Assembly: GCA_038885755.1 (NCBI GenBank)
Contig: JAVZZH010000001.1
Location: forward strand, 192,001 to 256,000
Source of the DNA: Candidatus Caldarchaeum sp.
GTDB lineage: Archaea > Thermoproteota > Nitrososphaeria_A > Caldarchaeales > Caldarchaeaceae
Reading direction: 5' to 3'
DNA: 64,000 nt
The notes under the pieces were generated by a model that saw only the letters and a list, made by a program, of their open reading frames with translations, did not search any database and was not told the origin of the DNA. A program made the position numbers and the translations under genes. Positions 38,686 to 47,507 of this stretch are shown here, piece after piece (position 1 is the stretch's first letter; every line of letters begins with the position of its first letter).

Positions 38686-38911
38686 CATAAGGCCTGCGGA
38701 CTACGCCGTGCTTACTGGAATGATCATCGGATTGTTCGCAGCTCTCATGGTCGTCGGCAACTTCGGAAACCTTTACCAGCCTCTATCGCCTGAAACCGTG
38801 GCCATAAACCGTCTTTACCAGTTCATATACATCTCAGGCTCGGCGGTCGGATCCATATTCCTAGGCTCGTTGTTCTTCATAATATACAGGTTCCGGGAAA
38901 AAGGTGCCTGA
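38678..38911 (+). CDS. Small membrane protein resembling the N-terminal TM part of oxidase subunit II
   Basis: P.SP....INRLY, hydrophobic helix ending IYRFRE; 2 nt upstream of coxB. Confidence 0.65.
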   Translation: MSDIRPADYAVLTGMIIGLFAALMVVGNFGNLYQPLSPETVAINRLYQFIYISGSAVGSIFLGSLFFIIYRFREKGA

Positions 38912-38913
38912 CG

Positions 38914-39327
38914 ATGGAGAGAGCGAAAATTGTTGAGAACGCCACAATAGTTGGCGCGTTGATACTTTTCGCGATAATAGGCTTCCAGTCCTGGTCTGTT
39001 CTGAACCAGCTTGAGGCGGACCGGCCTGCCGACGTAGTCATACGTGTCGAGGCTCGACAATTCGCCTGGCAGTTCACCTACCCCGACGGCTCAACTCAGG
39101 GAGAGGTTCGAGTAAAAGCAGGACAGACAGTCAAGCTCGAGCTCCACTCCGGCGACGTTATCCACAGCTTCTTCATACACGACTTCGGGCTGAAGAAAGA
39201 TGTGATACCCGGGAGAACCAACGTCCTCTACTTCACTCCTCAAGTGCCTGGAAAATACTTAATACAGTGCGCCGAGTTCTGCGGCCAAGGCCATTACTCC
39301 ATGCTTGCGTGGCTGGTGGTGGAGTGA
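38914..39327 (+). CDS. coxB: Heme-copper oxidase subunit II (CuA domain, one TM)
   Basis: QFAWQFTY, DVIHSF, CAEFCGQGHYSM. Confidence 0.95.
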   Translation: MERAKIVENATIVGALILFAIIGFQSWSVLNQLEADRPADVVIRVEARQFAWQFTYPDGSTQGEVRVKAGQTVKLELHSGDVIHSFFIHDFGLKKDVIPGRTNVLYFTPQVPGKYLIQCAEFCGQGHYSMLAWLVVE

Positions 39328-40880
39328 TGACGACGCAGGTCAAGCACACCCCCTGGTACAAGGATGCCTACAGGATTCTCTCGACGACAAACCATGCACA
39401 CATAGGTTTGCTCTACATAGCCGGCTCCTACGTCTTCCTAGTCGTCGGCGGCCTGCTGGCGCTTCTCATGAGGTGGGAGCTTGCAACCCCGCGGGGAGGT
39501 TTGTTCACGCCAGACATGTACGCCAGCCTCTTCACAATACATGGCACGTTGATGGTTTTCTTCTGGGCCATGCCGATCTTCGCAGGCTTCGGCAACTATC
39601 TCATCCCCAAGATGATAGGCGCTCCCGACATGTATTATCCCAAGCTGAACGCTCTGAGCTTCTGGCTGTTCCTGTCAGCCGGAGTGATTTTGCTGACGAG
39701 CTGGGCGAACATAGGGTGGACAGGCTACACACCGCTGTCCGTCATAACCCCTAACCCGGGCATAGACCTCTGGATACTCAGCCTGCACGTTGCTGGAACT
39801 TCTTCGATGATAGGCTCGCTGAACTTCATAGTAACGGTCTGGAGGCTGAGGAGGAGCGACATAGGGCTCTGGAGGATGCCGCTGTTTGTATGGTCTTGGG
39901 TGGTCACAGCCTTCATTATTATATTCGCCGTTCCTGTGATCGCGTTCGCCCTAACTCTTCTTCTGCTAGACAGAAACCTAGGAACCGGGTTCTACCTTCC
40001 GAGTGCAGGAGGAGACACAATCCTCTGGCAGCACCTGTTCTGGTTCTTCGGACACCCCGAGGTTTACATACTCGTCCTCCCAGCCATGGGCATCGTTTCT
40101 GAGCTGATCCCGCGCTTGGTGAAGAAACCCATAGTCGGATACAGGATGATAGCCCTATCGTCTGTGCTGATAGCCGTCCTAAGCTTCGGCGTCTGGGCCC
40201 ACCACATGTTCACCACAGGTCTTTCACCGCTTACTCTCGCGCCCTTCATGATTATGACGATGATGGTAGCCGTGCCTTCAGGAATCAAAGTCGTCAACTG
40301 GGAGGCGACGATGTGGGGTGGAAAGATTAGGTTCAACACGCCTACTCTGTTCTGCATAAGCTTTGTAGGAACATTCATAGTGGGCGGCATAACGGGAGTG
40401 TTCCAAGCATCCATCCCAGTCGACTGGCAGCTGCAGGACACTTACTGGGTCGTAGGCCACATGCACTTCATCCTGTTCGGAGCGATAAGTCAAGCCGCCT
40501 TCGCAGCAACATACTACTACTTCCCATACCTGACTAAGAGGATGTACAGCGAAACTCTTGGAAAGATCCACTTTGCAACAGCCAACATAGGCCAGTATCT
40601 TGTATTCATGTCGATGATGGTTCTCGGGTTGATGGGCATGCCGAGAAGATACTACGGCTACGTTGAAGTCTACCAGCCCTTGCACGTCGTTGCAACCATC
40701 GGAGCCATGGTGATAGGCATAGGTACAGCGATCTTCCTTCTGAACATCCTGCTCAGCTGGAAGTACGGGCCCAAAGCTTCTGACGACCCCTGGGACTCGG
40801 TCAAGAACAACATGCCGGACTTCTTGGGAGAGTACCTGAACAGGCAGCAGCTTACGGCGAAAGCTGACGGAGCAGGATGA
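39327..40880 (+). CDS. coxA: Heme-copper oxidase subunit I, A1 type
   Basis: TIHG, WFFGHPEVY, VWAHHMF, VGHMHF, GMPRRY. Confidence 0.97.
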   Translation: MTTQVKHTPWYKDAYRILSTTNHAHIGLLYIAGSYVFLVVGGLLALLMRWELATPRGGLFTPDMYASLFTIHGTLMVFFWAMPIFAGFGNYLIPKMIGAPDMYYPKLNALSFWLFLSAGVILLTSWANIGWTGYTPLSVITPNPGIDLWILSLHVAGTSSMIGSLNFIVTVWRLRRSDIGLWRMPLFVWSWVVTAFIIIFAVPVIAFALTLLLLDRNLGTGFYLPSAGGDTILWQHLFWFFGHPEVYILVLPAMGIVSELIPRLVKKPIVGYRMIALSSVLIAVLSFGVWAHHMFTTGLSPLTLAPFMIMTMMVAVPSGIKVVNWEATMWGGKIRFNTPTLFCISFVGTFIVGGITGVFQASIPVDWQLQDTYWVVGHMHFILFGAISQAAFAATYYYFPYLTKRMYSETLGKIHFATANIGQYLVFMSMMVLGLMGMPRRYYGYVEVYQPLHVVATIGAMVIGIGTAIFLLNILLSWKYGPKASDDPWDSVKNNMPDFLGEYLNRQQLTAKADGAG

Positions 40881-40884
40881 TGAG

Positions 40885-41139
40885 ATGTCGTTGTCGAGCA
40901 AGCTTGAGGACGCCGTCAAAAGATACCAGACGACCAGTGTAGTGCTGGCCATACTGGTCCACTTCTTCATATTCATCACAGCGATACTAGTCATCGTGGT
41001 GCTGAAGCAGCCGCTCGTGGTTTTCATAGCGACACACGCCACGCTGCAGACAGCGACAATACTCAACGCATTATTCGGCCATAAGGTTTACCGGAAATAT
41101 CTAACCGCGCGGCTCGCACGCAACGTCAGGATCTCTTGA
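40885..41139 (+). CDS. Small two-TM protein, candidate oxidase accessory subunit
   Basis: 4 nt after the coxA stop; two hydrophobic helices, each with a His. Confidence 0.6.
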   Translation: MSLSSKLEDAVKRYQTTSVVLAILVHFFIFITAILVIVVLKQPLVVFIATHATLQTATILNALFGHKVYRKYLTARLARNVRIS

Positions 41140-41152
41140 AAGGTGATGGCTG

Positions 41153-42064
41153 TTGGTTTTCGAAACAGTTGCACGCATAGTAAAGCCGTTTATCGTGGCG
41201 GTGAAACACCTCTTCTCCACACCGATCACCGTCAAGTATCCCTACGAGAAGATCGTCAACACCACGGGTGAACACTACCGATACGACCCGAAAGCCGGCA
41301 TAGCCTACCCGGGCTTCAAAGGCAGGCACATCCTCTACCTTGACAAATGCACGGGCTGCAGCCTCTGCGACATAGCCTGCCAGAACATAGCCGAGGCCAT
41401 CATAATGGTCTACGGCTTCAACGTAAGCATTAAGTTCGGCAAGGAGTTCATGGAGGGTTTCAGGTCGGGCGACAAGACTGCTGTGGAGTTTGTCGAGAAC
41501 CTTACCACGGCCCTCTACTCAGGCGGGCGTGGAGCTGGCTTCAACTCACACCCGGTCCAAGACGTAGCTTGGACAGATTTCAGAGCGATCCAGCCCTCCG
41601 AGGATGGTTATCTGTGGAAGCTCAACGCCGAGCCTTTGTTTGCATACAGGTCTGAATACATAGTCGAGACCTACCTGCAGAAATTCTTCGACTGGCTCAA
41701 GTCGGCGGGATGGGCTGAGGAAGCGTTCGAGGTTCAGGGTGCCGACAAGGAGGATGAGTACCATAGGTTTTCGAAAGACCGCTACCAAGTTGTTTTGGCC
41801 CTAACGAAGATCGATGAAAAGATGGCGCACAACAAGAAATCCTACTTCCCAGCAGTCGATTACAGCCGCTGTGTGTTCTGCGGTTTCTGCGTGGACGCCT
41901 GCCCGTTCTACGCTTTGGAGATGATGCCCGACTACGAGCTTTCAGCCATGGACAGAAGGTCTCTCCTGTACAGCCCGAAGCAGCTGGCCAAGCCCGGCGT
42001 CTCAACAGCCCCGGCTGAGATAGGCTGGTTCGACAAGCTTGTAATGGCTTTGAGGGGATGGTAG
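41153..42064 (+). CDS. nuoI: NADH-quinone oxidoreductase subunit I with large internal insertion
   Basis: TVKYP, FKGRH, CTGCSLCDIAC, VDYSRCVFCGFCVDACP, DYEL. Confidence 0.88.
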   Translation: MVFETVARIVKPFIVAVKHLFSTPITVKYPYEKIVNTTGEHYRYDPKAGIAYPGFKGRHILYLDKCTGCSLCDIACQNIAEAIIMVYGFNVSIKFGKEFMEGFRSGDKTAVEFVENLTTALYSGGRGAGFNSHPVQDVAWTDFRAIQPSEDGYLWKLNAEPLFAYRSEYIVETYLQKFFDWLKSAGWAEEAFEVQGADKEDEYHRFSKDRYQVVLALTKIDEKMAHNKKSYFPAVDYSRCVFCGFCVDACPFYALEMMPDYELSAMDRRSLLYSPKQLAKPGVSTAPAEIGWFDKLVMALRGW

Positions 42065-42420
42065 TGTCTCACGAGCTCTCCCCGAAGGAGAGGCCTGAGC
42101 TCGTCGAGCTGCATGAGGGGCTCAGGAGCCTCGTCAAGGCTTTACGATCTTTTCTAGACACGGAGGACTATGGCTGGCTTAAGAAGGCCTTTGAAGTCCA
42201 TCAGAAGCTTGTGAGCAACAAGCATTATCAGGGCTTGTCTGGAAGGCTCGACCTCGACAACAATCTCAGAGCCATGAACCAAGTCTACCTAGCCTACGGA
42301 GAGAAGTCGGATGACTTTACGCATGGACGGCTTCTCGACCAAGTTGTGTACACCATCGTAAGGGCTAACATCATTTCGACGGGGCTTGAGTTCAAGCTCA
42401 AGCGTATGAGGAAGGGCTAG
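42058..42420 (+). CDS. Hypothetical helical protein
   Basis: 120-aa ORF overlapping the nuoI stop; fills the gap to nuoH. Confidence 0.65.
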   Translation: MVVSHELSPKERPELVELHEGLRSLVKALRSFLDTEDYGWLKKAFEVHQKLVSNKHYQGLSGRLDLDNNLRAMNQVYLAYGEKSDDFTHGRLLDQVVYTIVRANIISTGLEFKLKRMRKG

Positions 42421-43448
42421 GCTGTCAGGGTGGGCAGGTAGACTGTTAGGCTTACGATGAACAGGTTTATCAGGGCCAGCGGTATCAGAACCCTCCACCC
42501 GAGGTCTAGGATCTTCTTCATCGTAATTCTTGTGTAAACTCCTCTGAAGAGCAGCACTATCGACAGCAAGACTAGGAACTTGACGAACACCCAGAACGGA
42601 TGTGCTATCGTCTCCGGGACCCCGGGAAGCATCGGCCCGTGCCAGCCTCCCAGATAGAGGTTGACCGTGAGGAAGATCAGGGCGTCGAGCTTGGTGTACA
42701 TGGCTAGCTGGATGGTCAAGAACCCGACGGACCCGTACTCCACCATCCAGCCTTCCACAAGCTCCTGCTCGGCCGTCGGCAGGTCGAACGGAATCCGCTC
42801 AGCCTCGCTCAGAGCCGCTATGAAGAAGACTAGAAACCCGATGACCTGCGTTATGATGAACGGCACTGCGTACTGGGAGTTGACGATTTCGACGATGTCG
42901 AAAGACCTAGCCACAATTATAACGCCTGTGAGGGCTAGGAACAGCGGTATCTCGTATGCGAAAACTTGGAAGGCGAACCTTATCATGCCTATGAAGCTGT
43001 ACTTGCTTCCCGAAGCCCATCCAGCAATTATGAATGGGATAGGTGAAACAGCCAGCAGAAGGAATATCAACAGCACGCTGATGTCCGACCTGTAAATCAC
43101 CCAGTATTCGCTGAAAGGTATGAAGGCGAAGAGGAGGGCCGATAACACGAGGGCGGCCATCGGCATGGTGATGAAAAGCTTTCTCCTAGCCCGTGATGGA
43201 ATGATGTATTCTTTCGAAAGAAACTTGAGTGCGTCTGCAACCACCTGCAGCCATCCGCCGTACTTGCCGACGTGGAAAGGCCCGATCCTAAGCATCACAC
43301 GTGCCAAGAGTTTTCGCTCATACCAGACCGAGAGGATGCCTAGGACGGCGACGAACGTTGCTCCCGGGAAAATTGCCGCCTTGACGAAAGGCTCGCTTGC
43401 GACGAAGCGAATTACTTGGTCAAGGGGTGGAGGTACCGGGACTACCAT
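42417..43448 (-). CDS. nuoH: NADH-quinone oxidoreductase subunit H
   Basis: ERK...RIGP, ADALKFLSKE, GWASGSKYS, YE, RIPFDL..AEQELVEG..VEY. Confidence 0.96.
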   Translation of the reverse strand: MVVPVPPPLDQVIRFVASEPFVKAAIFPGATFVAVLGILSVWYERKLLARVMLRIGPFHVGKYGGWLQVVADALKFLSKEYIIPSRARRKLFITMPMAALVLSALLFAFIPFSEYWVIYRSDISVLLIFLLLAVSPIPFIIAGWASGSKYSFIGMIRFAFQVFAYEIPLFLALTGVIIVARSFDIVEIVNSQYAVPFIITQVIGFLVFFIAALSEAERIPFDLPTAEQELVEGWMVEYGSVGFLTIQLAMYTKLDALIFLTVNLYLGGWHGPMLPGVPETIAHPFWVFVKFLVLLSIVLLFRGVYTRITMKKILDLGWRVLIPLALINLFIVSLTVYLPTLTA

Positions 43449-43451
43449 GTC

Positions 43452-43808
43452 TCACAGCCTCTGGGGAAGGTCCTTAAGGCTGAGGGCTGCGAAGATGGAT
43501 GAAGCGCTCAGCACTCCAAGCAGGAGCACGAGGTTGAAGGCGTACTGTGGATTATCTATGATTGCTAGGGCTGAGATGAAGACGGCTATCGAGAGGACGG
43601 CGTAAGCCACGTAGATGATGGCGTAGGGGAAGTATTCTACGGGGAAGGAGGTTTCAGCCCACTCGAAAGGAACCTGACCGCTTTCGAACGAAAGCCTCTT
43701 CCTCCTCGTCCCCCTGCTCGACGAGAGGAGCTTGTTGGCCAGAAGAAGTATCAGGGGAAGCGCCGCCGTCAAAACCGTGTAGTAGATCAGCGCCTCGGTC
43801 TGCGACAT
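43452..43808 (-). CDS. nuoA: NADH-quinone oxidoreductase subunit A
   Basis: 3 TM with K..SFESG.VP loop and F.VEYF; directly upstream of nuoH. Confidence 0.82.
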   Translation of the reverse strand: MSQTEALIYYTVLTAALPLILLLANKLLSSSRGTRRKRLSFESGQVPFEWAETSFPVEYFPYAIIYVAYAVLSIAVFISALAIIDNPQYAFNLVLLLGVLSASSIFAALSLKDLPQRL

Positions 43809-43844
43809 CGGTGATAAGCCGAGCGGCGATTATTTAAATCTGCG

Positions 43845-45299
43845 TCAACGAGGCTCGAGAGCTGTTTTGAGGCTGAGATACTGCTTTATGTCCGAGACGG
43901 GAACCCTCTCCTGCTTCATCGTGTCTCTGTCTCGGATTGTTGCGGTGTGGTCTTGAATGGTCTGGTAGTCGACTGTGATGCAGTAGGGCGTACCTATCTC
44001 GTCCTGTCTTCTGTACCTCCTTCCGATGCTGCCGCTTTCGTCGTAGAAGACGTCGAAGTCCAGCTTTAAGCTCTCGTAAACGGATCTGGCGTAGCTGACC
44101 AGCGGAGGCTTGTCCATCAGAGGGAACACGGCTGCGGTGTATGGCGCTAGGTAGGGATGGAGCTTGAGGACTGTTCTCTCGTTTTCGACTTTGTAAGCTA
44201 GCTCCAGCAGGGCTAGAATGCTCCGGTCAACACCCATCGAAAGCTCGAAGACATGAGGGACTATGCTCACGCCGTCCTCGACAACACTCAGGTCAGCACC
44301 GCTCTCACGCGCGTGGCCGTTCAAGTCGTAATCTGTCCTGTTGTTGCAGGCCACGAGCTCCACCCATCCCGAGCCGAGCAGCACCTCAAAATCCCACGCC
44401 TCAGCCGCGTAGAACGCCTTCTCGTCATCCCCCAGCCTCCTAAACCTAATCCTGTCGAGGGGGAAGCCAAGAGCTAGGTAAAAATCCTGAAGAAGCGACA
44501 GGTAGTAGGCTGTGAGCCAGCTAGACACCAGCCCGGACTCGACGGCTTCGCTGCACTTGACGAGGCTCACCCTGTCGTCAACCATGAGGTTGAGCAGCTT
44601 GTCCTTAACAGCTTCAGCCTTCGAGCCGTCAGCTATATTCGGGTTGTAGAAAACCTCTACCTCGGCCTGCGTGAACTCCCTCAACCTGAGCAGCGACTGT
44701 CTGGGGGAGATCTCGTTCCTGAAGCTCCTGCCTACCTGCGCAACCGCTATCGGTAGTTTCCTCCGCGATATCTTATAAATCCTCTGAAAATCCACGAAGA
44801 TGTTTTGACATGTCTCGGGCCTCAGGTATGCATCCTCGCCCGCCGCTCCCACCGAGACTTTGAACATCATGTTGAAGAGCGAGACCTTACCCAGACTTCC
44901 GCCGCAGAGCGGACATTTGAAACCTGTACGCTCTATGATCGAATCTATCTGCTCCGGCGGAGTTCTCTCGGGGACTTTCAAGCCAGTCTTCTCCTCGATA
45001 AGCCTGTCTATCCTGTGCACCGCGCCGCAGGACGAGCATCTGCTTATAGGGTCTACGAAGGTGGTGAGATGCCCTGAGGCGGCGAAAACCCCTCTGGGAA
45101 GGATCTGCGACCCGTCTATCAGTATCATCTCGTCCCTTCGAACCAAAAGCCTGTGCCATGCCGAAATATACTTCTGCTTCATCAACACCCCGAGATGCCC
45201 GTACTCCCAGAACCCTGCGGGAGAGTTAGGATATATCTCAGCCGAGGGGAAGAAAAAACCTCTCTCGAGCCCGAGCTTTATCACCTCTTCAAGACCCAT
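43845..45299 (-). CDS. glyS: Glycyl-tRNA synthetase (alpha2 type)
   Basis: ASGH, FNMMF, YLRPETCQ, FRNEISPR, RLREFTQAE, GSIGRRYRRQDEIGTPY. Confidence 0.96.
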   Translation of the reverse strand: MGLEEVIKLGLERGFFFPSAEIYPNSPAGFWEYGHLGVLMKQKYISAWHRLLVRRDEMILIDGSQILPRGVFAASGHLTTFVDPISRCSSCGAVHRIDRLIEEKTGLKVPERTPPEQIDSIIERTGFKCPLCGGSLGKVSLFNMMFKVSVGAAGEDAYLRPETCQNIFVDFQRIYKISRRKLPIAVAQVGRSFRNEISPRQSLLRLREFTQAEVEVFYNPNIADGSKAEAVKDKLLNLMVDDRVSLVKCSEAVESGLVSSWLTAYYLSLLQDFYLALGFPLDRIRFRRLGDDEKAFYAAEAWDFEVLLGSGWVELVACNNRTDYDLNGHARESGADLSVVEDGVSIVPHVFELSMGVDRSILALLELAYKVENERTVLKLHPYLAPYTAAVFPLMDKPPLVSYARSVYESLKLDFDVFYDESGSIGRRYRRQDEIGTPYCITVDYQTIQDHTATIRDRDTMKQERVPVSDIKQYLSLKTALEPR

Positions 45300-45314
45300 C
45301 TTTCCAGCACCGTT

Positions 45315-46004
45315 TTAAAGAACTGTCTTGCCGCAGTTGGGGCACGTACCGTTAATGTTTACGTATGCCTCTGCGCACCCCTGATGAAACACGACCCCGC
45401 AGCTGCTGCATCTAACAGCGTTCTCGGCCGTGACGGTTGTGTAGCATATGGGGCAGACCGTTTCATCCTCAACGTTTTCAACCCTCTCCAAGCTGGTCTC
45501 CTCCGGAACCGACGAACTCGTCAACGGCTCCTGCTCCCCGTAGTACTGGGGATACGGAACCTCGACCCTCTGCGGCCTCGTCAGGACAACCACGAGCCCC
45601 AAAGCCATCAGAACCACGGCCGTGAACAGAGCTGCGAAGAAGCCTAGGTCAGGTTCTCCGGAGACGTTGAGCCTCGGCAGCGCAACCATGCTGAGGTACA
45701 CGGGTGAAAGCAAGGCGAGGACGCCTCCTAGAATCGAGAAAGCCGCTAGGATGATTCTCACCGTCCCAGCCCGCGACGAGAAGGATGTGGCGAGAAGCGA
45801 GAGGCCTGCGAGCATTCCGCCGGCTACTGAAAACATCAGGGTCTCGGTCAACAGATAACCGCTCAGAAGGCTTCTGGAAACAGTGTCAGCCCTTACCACG
45901 TACCAAGGCAGCAGAAGAGTAAGGATGTGCATGCTCCCAACTAGCGCAAGCAAGGAGCCGAGCTTGAAAAACCTTACCAAAAGCCGTTGCTCGGAGACTA
46001 TCAT
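45315..46004 (-). CDS. 4-TM membrane protein with C-terminal RING-type zinc finger (candidate membrane E3 ligase)
   Basis: Four hydrophobic helices, acidic linker, then CPIC-x11-CSSC-x4-H-x2-C-x10-CPNC. Confidence 0.8.
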   Translation of the reverse strand: MIVSEQRLLVRFFKLGSLLALVGSMHILTLLLPWYVVRADTVSRSLLSGYLLTETLMFSVAGGMLAGLSLLATSFSSRAGTVRIILAAFSILGGVLALLSPVYLSMVALPRLNVSGEPDLGFFAALFTAVVLMALGLVVVLTRPQRVEVPYPQYYGEQEPLTSSSVPEETSLERVENVEDETVCPICYTTVTAENAVRCSSCGVVFHQGCAEAYVNINGTCPNCGKTVL

Positions 46005-46133
46005 TCCGGCTTAAAGCCTGTGAAAAGCACCTTATAAAAACATGTCTCTGGAACTCCCTCGAGTCGTTTAGCGAGATTGTCGGTTTTTCCCGTAGCAGTA
46101 GGGTTTATAACCCCGTAAAACGCTGAATGTGCC

Positions 46134-46967
46134 ATGGGCCTGCTTTCCAAGCGCGGCGACAACATGGTCGACCTCCGTAAAGAGGTTGCCGCTTTAAGGG
46201 TGCAGTTAATCGACAGGATGGAGGAGAGAATAGGCCTTGTCGAGGAGGCTTTGTCGAAGCTCAAGGAGGATGTTAGGCTCGTCCTAGACCAGTTTTCGGC
46301 TCCACACAAGATAATGGTAAACATGCAGGAGATCCTTGCACGTGGAGCTGTCCTCAACGAGACTCTCGACGAGTTCAAGGCGGCTACAGAGGAGCTGAAG
46401 GCTATGCGCAACAGCGTGCAGGAGATGACTGAAGCCTTGATGAGGGAGAGGGAGCAGCTTGCGAAGGAGATGCAGAGGTATAAGGCTGAGAGAGACGGTT
46501 TGAACGCCTTGAGGGAGGAGGTTTCCAGATGGAGGGCCGAGCTTGAGCAGAAAGAGCGTCAGATCGCAGAGGCTCAGGAGACGCTTAAAACTCTTCTGAG
46601 GAAGAAGGAGAGCTTGGAGGAGGAGGTCCGGATGCTGAGCGATAGATACTTGACTTCTTTCGATGATGCTCAGAAGAAGCTCGAGGCATACGGGAGGGAG
46701 ATGGACAAGATGTTCAAACTGAGGGAGATCAGGATGGAGAGGTTGATTCGTAGGGAGAAAGAGCTCGAGGACAGACTGGCTGCGTTGGAAAACAGCAAGT
46801 CAGAGGCTGAGAAGCTTATTGCTTTCGCTAATAAGCTGAAGGAGGAGGTGAGCAAGCTGGAAGCCTACAAGGAATCGCTGTCAAACGAGATATCTCAGAT
46901 GGAGAAGAGGAGGGCTGAGCTGAACGAGCTGATAACTGAGATGAGGCGGGCATTCCTCACTTCATAA
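46134..46967 (+). CDS. Long coiled-coil protein
   Basis: 277 aa, E/K/R/L-rich heptads over nearly the whole length; no catalytic motif. Confidence 0.8.
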   Translation: MGLLSKRGDNMVDLRKEVAALRVQLIDRMEERIGLVEEALSKLKEDVRLVLDQFSAPHKIMVNMQEILARGAVLNETLDEFKAATEELKAMRNSVQEMTEALMREREQLAKEMQRYKAERDGLNALREEVSRWRAELEQKERQIAEAQETLKTLLRKKESLEEEVRMLSDRYLTSFDDAQKKLEAYGREMDKMFKLREIRMERLIRREKELEDRLAALENSKSEAEKLIAFANKLKEEVSKLEAYKESLSNEISQMEKRRAELNELITEMRRAFLTS

Positions 46968-47273
46968 CTTCAGAGCCTTCTTTATCTGAGCAACTGTCGC
47001 AGACAACTCTCCCAACGCGTTTAGAACATCTCTCATGTCGTCTGCAAGAATAGTGAGCTGGTCCTCGATATCCCTCAACTTCTTCTCGAAGCCTTCGGGA
47101 GGTTTTTCCTCTCTCTGCAGCGAGTTGATTTTGGCGTTGACTTTTTCGATTTCCTCGAAAACCTCGACAAGTAGCTCAGCTAGCTGCTTGACTCCCTCAA
47201 ACCGTGCAACAGGCCCCTTCGGCGTCTCCAGAAAGTCCAGTTCTACCACCTTCTCGTTTTTCTCCTCCGACAT
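46962..47273 (-). CDS. Small coiled-coil protein, fifth gene of the ubiquitin operon
   Basis: Starts 3 nt after the RING gene stop, with GGAGGAG upstream; beta-hairpin-like ELDFLETPKGPV then heptads. Confidence 0.8.
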   Translation of the reverse strand: MSEEKNEKVVELDFLETPKGPVARFEGVKQLAELLVEVFEEIEKVNAKINSLQREEKPPEGFEKKLRDIEDQLTILADDMRDVLNALGELSATVAQIKKALKL

Positions 47274-47276
47274 CGC

Positions 47277-47507
47277 TCACTCCTCCACGATCGTTCTCCG
47301 GCAGAGGGGGCAGGTCTTCCTGATAAGCAGCCAGTCGTCGAAGCACGTCATATGACCTACAGCCCCGCAGTGAGGACAGCTGTAGATTTTGTCGTTCGAC
47401 AGCTCCAGCCCACAGATTACACACAGGCCTGTCCTCTCCTTCTTCTCAGACACGGCTTCGAACGGGTTCCAGAAGCCCGCGTTAACTTCCTTGACCACTA
47501 TCTTCAA
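47277..47507 (-). CDS. Small RING-finger E3 ligase (srfp)
   Basis: CVIC-x11-CPHC-x4-H-x2-C-x3-W-x6-CPLCR; overlaps the E1 3' end. Confidence 0.9.
   Translation of the reverse strand: MKIVVKEVNAGFWNPFEAVSEKKERTGLCVICGLELSNDKIYSCPHCGAVGHMTCFDDWLLIRKTCPLCRRTIVEE

Noticed and set aside
41400-41835. Intein in nuoI (an HN dipeptide near the end of the insert)
   Set aside because: HN is followed by Lys, not Cys/Ser/Thr, and no intein N-terminal block or LAGLIDADG motif is visible.
46134-46967. SMC/Rad50 ATPase
   Set aside because: No Walker motifs, hinge or CxxC hook; coiled coil only.
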